A DNA stretch of 64,000 nt. Source: an uncultured Actinomycetes bacterium. Its GTDB lineage: Bacteria; Actinomycetota; UBA4738; JBBDTT01. The notes beneath the pieces were generated by a model. The model was not told the origin of the DNA. It saw only the letters and a list, made by a program, of their open reading frames with translations, and searched no databases. The position numbers were made by a program, and so were the translations under genes. Every line of letters starts with the position of its first letter. Within the stretch, counting starts at the first letter, position 1. Of this stretch, positions 59,278-64,000 are shown piece after piece. The stretch spans positions 1,376,001 to 1,440,000 of the forward strand of contig CAVUMN010000004.1 of assembly GCA_963742735.1 (NCBI GenBank), read 5' to 3'.

Positions 59278-61851
59278 ATGCTCCGTCGCGTTCTCGTCCC
59301 GATCGCCGTGCTCGCGCTGCTCGGCCTCCCATCGCCGGTCGCCGCGCAGCCCGGCACGGAGATCCGGTCCGGAAACCTCCTGCTGAGGGTCGACCCGGAT
59401 CCGTTCGCGCTGGAGTTCGTCGACGCCGCGGACGGGGACGTGCTCCGAACGCTGGGTGGAGAGCTCGCGGACCCCTCCGCGCCGCACGCCCGGTACGGGC
59501 CGCTCGGGTACTCCTTCGACCTCCGCGTCCCGGTGGTCAACAACGCGTTCCTGGGGTACTACGTCGCCGCCGAGGCCGAGACGGTGTGGTTCCACGCGGC
59601 GCGCCTGCTCGAGGCCCGGCGTGATGCCCGGGGGACGACCCTCCGCGTGGAAACGAACGACCCGCTCGGCCACGAGCTCGAGGTGCGGATCGCGCGGGCG
59701 GGGTCCGGCGGGCTCTCGGTCGCGTCGCGGATCGCGCCGGGCTCCGGCCCGCTGGCGGACCTGGCCTCTGTCTCGGGAGCGGCATTCCGGGCCGACCCGG
59801 CCGAGCGCTACCTGGGATTCGGCGAGCGGTCGAACGCCGTCGACCAGACGGGCAACCGCGTGTTCTCGTGGGCCGAGGAGGGGCCGTTCTCCTCGGGCGA
59901 CGGCGAGGCCCTTCTTCGTCCGCTGGTTCCGGGGTTCACCTTCCCGACCGGGCCCACGACGTCGAACTTCCCGATCCCGTGGCTCGTCTCGACGCGCGGC
60001 TTCGGGGTGCTCATCGACCAGACCGAGCGCTCGGCGTTCAACCTGCGCAACCACCGCGACGACGCCTGGCAGGCCGAGGCGGAGTCCGCACGGCTGCGCC
60101 TGACCGTCTTCGCCGGGCCGGACCCCGCCGACGTGGTCCGGCGGTACTCGGCGTACGCGGGTCGCCAGCCCGCGCCGACCCCCTGGATCTTCGGGCCGTG
60201 GTTCCAGCCGACCCTCGAGGCCGAGCCGTACGAGGTCGCTGACCGGTTCCGGGCCGAGGACGTCCCCGTGAGCGTTGCGCAGACCTACACGCACTACCTG
60301 CCCTGCGGCGCGCACGTCGGTCAGGCCGATCCGGAGCGTGACCGCGTTCGCGGCTACCACGCCCGCGGATATCGCATCACCACGTACTTCAACCCGCACG
60401 TCTGCACGACGTACCAGCCGGTGTACGACGAGGCGGCGGCGAACGGCTGGTTCGTGAAGGACCGGCTCGGCGAGCCCTACGTGGTGTCGAACCCGTTCAC
60501 CGCCGACGAGCAGGTCGCGCTGATCGACTTCACCGATCCCGGCGCCGTTCGCTTCTTCGGCCGGCTGCTCGACGAGGCCGTCGCGGCCGGCTACGACGGG
60601 TGGATGGAGGACTTCGGCGAGTACGTTCCGACGGACTCGGTGTTCTCGAACGGCGCGTCCGGGCTGGTGATGCACAACCGGTACCCGGTGCTCTACCACG
60701 GCGCGTCCACCAGGCATACGGGCTCCCGCACGCCGGCCGTGTTCGTGCGTTCCGGGTTCCACGGTGTTCAGCCCCACGCGCGAGTGGTGTGGGGCGGCGA
60801 TCCCACCGAGGACTGGTCCTGCGCCGACGGGCTCTGCGCCGCGGTTCACCAGTCGTTGTCGACGGGCCTGTCCGGCGTGGCGTACTGGGGCTCGGACATC
60901 GGCGGGTTCCACGCGGTGGTAAACGACCGCACCGACGACGAGCTGAACATCCGTTGGCTCCAGTTCGGGGCGGTGAGCGGCGTGATGCGGACCCAGGCGA
61001 ACGGGTTCAGCGTCCAGGACGACCGCGCCGATCGTTCACAGGTCTGGCACCCGGAGGTCCTGCCGGTCTGGCGGCGCTACGCGAAGCTGAGGACCCAGCT
61101 GTATCCGTACCTTCGCGCCGCCTCGCGCGAGTACCAGCGATCGGGGCTGCCGATCGCCCGGCACCTCGCCCTGGCCTACCCGGAGGATGCGCGCGCCGTC
61201 GCCCAGCAGGAAACGTTCCTGTTCGGCCCGGATCTGCTGGCCGCGCCGGTGATCGAGCCCGGGGTGCGCGAACGCTCCGTCTATCTCCCGCCGGGAAGCT
61301 GGATCGACCTGTGGCGGTCCGCCGCCTACGTCGCCTCGACGGGGTCCCTGCGGCTGGGCCGGGCCCGGATCCTGGAGGGCGGATCGGCCGCGGTCCTGCC
61401 GGCTCCGCTCGAGGAGCTTCCGCTCCTGGTCCGCGCCGGCGCGGTCCTGCCGATGCTCTCCCCGGACGTCGACACCCTGGCGGGGGTGGGGGCGGGCCGC
61501 GGAATCGTCGACCTCGCCGATCGCACGGGCCGGCTCCACCTGCTGGCCCTTCCCAGGGGTCCGAGCTCCAGCACCTTCCTCGACGGCGAGCAGCTCCGGT
61601 CGCGGGAGGGCCGCGGGCGCTGGACCCTCGAGATCCGCGGCGGACGGACGCGGACCTACGAGCTGCAGGCCAGCCTGCGAACGCTGTCGCGGCCCTTCGC
61701 GCCCTGCTCCGTGACGCTCGGGGGCCGCCCCGTGACGCGGTGGTTGTACGATCGATCCACCGGCGTCCTGCGAGCCACCTTCAAGACCGCCGTGGGCTCG
61801 CTGATCGTCGCGAGCTGCCCACCCCCGAGCGCCTTCGCACGCGTTGCCTAG
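59278..61851 (+). CDS. Secreted GH31 glycoside hydrolase
   Basis: Signal peptide; GFGER, nucleophile WMEDFGEY, WGGD, GSDIGGF, FLFGPDLLAAPV, YLPPG.W. Confidence 0.9.
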   Translation: MLRRVLVPIAVLALLGLPSPVAAQPGTEIRSGNLLLRVDPDPFALEFVDAADGDVLRTLGGELADPSAPHARYGPLGYSFDLRVPVVNNAFLGYYVAAEAETVWFHAARLLEARRDARGTTLRVETNDPLGHELEVRIARAGSGGLSVASRIAPGSGPLADLASVSGAAFRADPAERYLGFGERSNAVDQTGNRVFSWAEEGPFSSGDGEALLRPLVPGFTFPTGPTTSNFPIPWLVSTRGFGVLIDQTERSAFNLRNHRDDAWQAEAESARLRLTVFAGPDPADVVRRYSAYAGRQPAPTPWIFGPWFQPTLEAEPYEVADRFRAEDVPVSVAQTYTHYLPCGAHVGQADPERDRVRGYHARGYRITTYFNPHVCTTYQPVYDEAAANGWFVKDRLGEPYVVSNPFTADEQVALIDFTDPGAVRFFGRLLDEAVAAGYDGWMEDFGEYVPTDSVFSNGASGLVMHNRYPVLYHGASTRHTGSRTPAVFVRSGFHGVQPHARVVWGGDPTEDWSCADGLCAAVHQSLSTGLSGVAYWGSDIGGFHAVVNDRTDDELNIRWLQFGAVSGVMRTQANGFSVQDDRADRSQVWHPEVLPVWRRYAKLRTQLYPYLRAASREYQRSGLPIARHLALAYPEDARAVAQQETFLFGPDLLAAPVIEPGVRERSVYLPPGSWIDLWRSAAYVASTGSLRLGRARILEGGSAAVLPAPLEELPLLVRAGAVLPMLSPDVDTLAGVGAGRGIVDLADRTGRLHLLALPRGPSSSTFLDGEQLRSREGRGRWTLEIRGGRTRTYELQASLRTLSRPFAPCSVTLGGRPVTRWLYDRSTGVLRATFKTAVGSLIVASCPPPSAFARVA

Positions 61852-63179
61852 ACCCCCGCGACCGAGAACAGCCTCCACTCGCCGGGCACGCCGCGGAGCT
61901 CGTGCATCCCGCGGTCCTCGAACGAGATCCCGCTGCCCACGGTGAGGTCCTTCACGGTAGAGCTGGCGAGAACCTCGCCGCGGCCCGCCAGGTCGGCCAC
62001 CCGGGCGCCCACGTGGACCGCGAGGCCGCCCACGTCCTGGCCCATCGACCTCGCACTCGCCGGTGTGGACCCCGGCGTGGACCTCCAAGCCCAGCGCGCC
62101 GACGCCATCGGCGACCGCCCGCGCGCATCGAACGGCCCGGGCCGGCCCGTCGAACGTCGCCAGGACGAGTCGCCCACGGTCTTGACCTCCCGTCCCCGGA
62201 ACCGCTCGAGCTGCCGGCGGACCAGGCCGTAGTAGTCCTCCAGGACGCCCCGCCAGGCGCGGTCGCCCAGGCGGGCGGCGTGGCCCGTCGAGTCCACGAT
62301 GTCCGCGAAGACGACCGTGGCCAGGACCCGATCGGGATCGGTGGGAGGCCGGGTGCCGGTCACGAACTCCTGGATCTCGTCGAGCAGCGGGGCCGTCTCG
62401 CCCACGAACGGGACGTGGTCGATACCGGGAAGCTCGACCAGCCGCGCCCCCGGGATGTGCTCTGCCAGGTACCGGGAGTGGCCGATCTCCCGGAAGGCGT
62501 CCCCGACGCGGTGCAGGACCAGGGTCGGGACTCGGATCGAGCCGAGGATCGCGCGGACGTCGGTCTGGCCCCACATCTCGATGAGTCGCTTGACCTCGCC
62601 GGGGCTCGCGGTGGCTCGCTGGAAACGCACGAACCACTTCAGGTACTCGGGATCCTGCGACTTGCTCGGGGAGATGAGGTCGGAGAGAACCTCGGTTCCC
62701 CACGCGTTCTCGACCATGCTCATGAGCGCGGCCCAGATCTCCGGCCGCCGCCCCCACGGGTAGTCCGGCGCCCACAGGGTCCGCGCGTACGAGCCGTACA
62801 ACATCAGCGGCGAGAACCGCTCCGGATACGTCGCGGCGAGCAGGCACCCGAGCGGCCCGGCCTGGCTGTACGCCAGCAGGCCCGTTCGCTGCGACCCCGC
62901 CGCGTCGAGGACCGCCAGGGCGTCGTCCATCTGGTGCTCGAACGCCGGCACTTCGCCCGTCCGGTCGGACAGGCCCGATCCGCGAAGGTCGTACACGATC
63001 AGCCGGGAGAACGACGCCAGGCGGGTCAGGAACCGAGCGAACCCGGACTCCTCCCACTGCAGGTCCGCGTGGTTGCCCCCCGCCACCAGGAACAGCAGGT
63101 CGGTGGGCCCGTCGCCCACCACCTGGTAGGCGAGATGGACGTCGCCGTTCTTCGCGTAGTGGGTCTGGGGCGCGTCCAT
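61848..63179 (-). CDS. Alpha/beta hydrolase fused to class III cyclase (LipJ-like), two compensating frameshifts
   Basis: [22 protein letters not shown]; the expected [18 protein letters not shown] lies in another frame between about 62160 and 62047. Confidence 0.85.
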   Translation of the reverse strand: MDAPQTHYAKNGDVHLAYQVVGDGPTDLLFLVAGGNHADLQWEESGFARFLTRLASFSRLIVYDLRGSGLSDRTGEVPAFEHQMDDALAVLDAAGSQRTGLLAYSQAGPLGCLLAATYPERFSPLMLYGSYARTLWAPDYPWGRRPEIWAALMSMVENAWGTEVLSDLISPSKSQDPEYLKWFVRFQRATASPGEVKRLIEMWGQTDVRAILGSIRVPTLVLHRVGDAFREIGHSRYLAEHIPGARLVELPGIDHVPFVGETAPLLDEIQEFVTGTRPPTDPDRVLATVVFADIVDSTGHAARLGDRAWRGVLEDYYGLVRRQLERFRGREVKTVGDSSWRRSTGRPGPFDARGRSPMASARWAWRSTPGSTPASARSMGQDVGGLAVHVGARVADLAGRGEVLASSTVKDLTVGSGISFEDRGMHELRGVPGEWRLFSVAGV

Positions 63180-63261
63180 GGGGCGGAAGTCTGACGCGGA
63201 ACGCCCGTTCCGGACAATCGGACGATCGGCCGATCTTTCGGCCCGTTGTACGCTGCCCGCG

Positions 63262-64000
63262 ATGACGATCGAGCATCGCGTCGGGCGCGCCCTGGCCCGG
63301 GCCCGCGGGGGGAAGACGCTCACGGTCGACGAGGCCGAGGCGCTCATGTCCGCGCGCGGCCACGCGCTTCGCGACCTGATGGAGATCGCCGCGGGCCTGC
63401 GGGACCTCGGCCACGGCCGGACGGTCACCTACTCCCGGAAGGTGTTCATCCCGCTCACGATGCTGTGCCGGGACCACTGCCACTACTGCACGTTCGCGAA
63501 GCCGCCGGCGAAGCTCGACGCCCCGTTCCTGACCCCCGAGCAGGCCGTCGCCATCGCGGAGGCCGGGCGCGTCGCCGGGTGCAAGGAGGCGCTGTTCACG
63601 CTGGGGGACAAGCCCGAGGAGCGCTACGCCGAAGCCCGGGAGTGGCTCGCGGCCCGCGGCTACGCCACGACCCTCGACTACGTCCGCGCGGTGGCGATCC
63701 GGGTCATCGAGGAGACCGGCCTGCTGCCCCACCTCAATCCTGGGGTGATGAGCTGGGAGGAGATGGCCCGGCTCAAGCACGTCAGCGCCTCGATGGGGCT
63801 GATGCTCGAGACGTCCTCGGACCGGCTGACCGAGCGGGGGATGGCCCACTTCGGCTCTCCGGACAAAGTGCCGGCGGTGCGCCTGCGAACGATCGAGGAC
63901 GCCGGCCGCTTGTCGATCCCGTTCACCACCGGGATCCTGGTCGGCATCGGCGAGAACGCCCGAGAACGGGCCGAGTCGCTGTTCGCCATCCGCGACCTCC
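63262..64000 (+). CDS. cofG: FO synthase CofG subunit or FbiC N-terminal half (radical SAM), 3'-truncated
   Basis: Read by hand: [51 protein letters not shown]. Confidence 0.92.
   Translation, partial: MTIEHRVGRALARARGGKTLTVDEAEALMSARGHALRDLMEIAAGLRDLGHGRTVTYSRKVFIPLTMLCRDHCHYCTFAKPPAKLDAPFLTPEQAVAIAEAGRVAGCKEALFTLGDKPEERYAEAREWLAARGYATTLDYVRAVAIRVIEETGLLPHLNPGVMSWEEMARLKHVSASMGLMLETSSDRLTERGMAHFGSPDKVPAVRLRTIEDAGRLSIPFTTGILVGIGENARERAESLFAIRDL

Overview
Chromosomal segment of a high-GC Actinomycetota bacterium, probably a deep-branching lineage from a long-read or metagenome assembly, since many conserved genes carry single-base indels. No rRNA, tRNA, CRISPR array or recognisable mobile element was seen. 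Positions 1-36 kb hold a loose acyl-CoA metabolism cluster: enoyl-CoA hydratase, HMG-CoA lyase, two acyl-CoA dehydrogenases, and ethylmalonyl-CoA pathway genes (thiolase, hbd, ccr, mce, ecm/meaA, pccB plus an epsilon-like subunit). Accessory genes are interspersed, including secreted metalloproteases, a cyclase-STAND-TPR protein, a solo Cas4-like nuclease, a CADD-type pABA synthase and a phage-like nucleotidyltransferase. Two ECF sigma/anti-sigma pairs with visible promoter motifs lie at 36-39 kb. A cell-wall glycan locus (LCP, rfbABD, wzm/wzt, glycosyltransferases, WbbL-like, ManB-like) fills 41-54 kb, and F420 genes (cofE, cofD, cofG/fbiC) fill 57-64 kb. The best candidates for something new are four. 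(1) An unannotated 57-aa basic peptide (RAT repeats, C-terminal NHNETL) coupled to a TPR-only protein and inserted into the leucine-catabolism gene pair. (2) A pseudoknot that could occlude the ribosome-binding site of the CADD gene. (3) An orphan phage-type Pol-beta nucleotidyltransferase. (4) A hidden lipoprotein gene with an ACG start codon.
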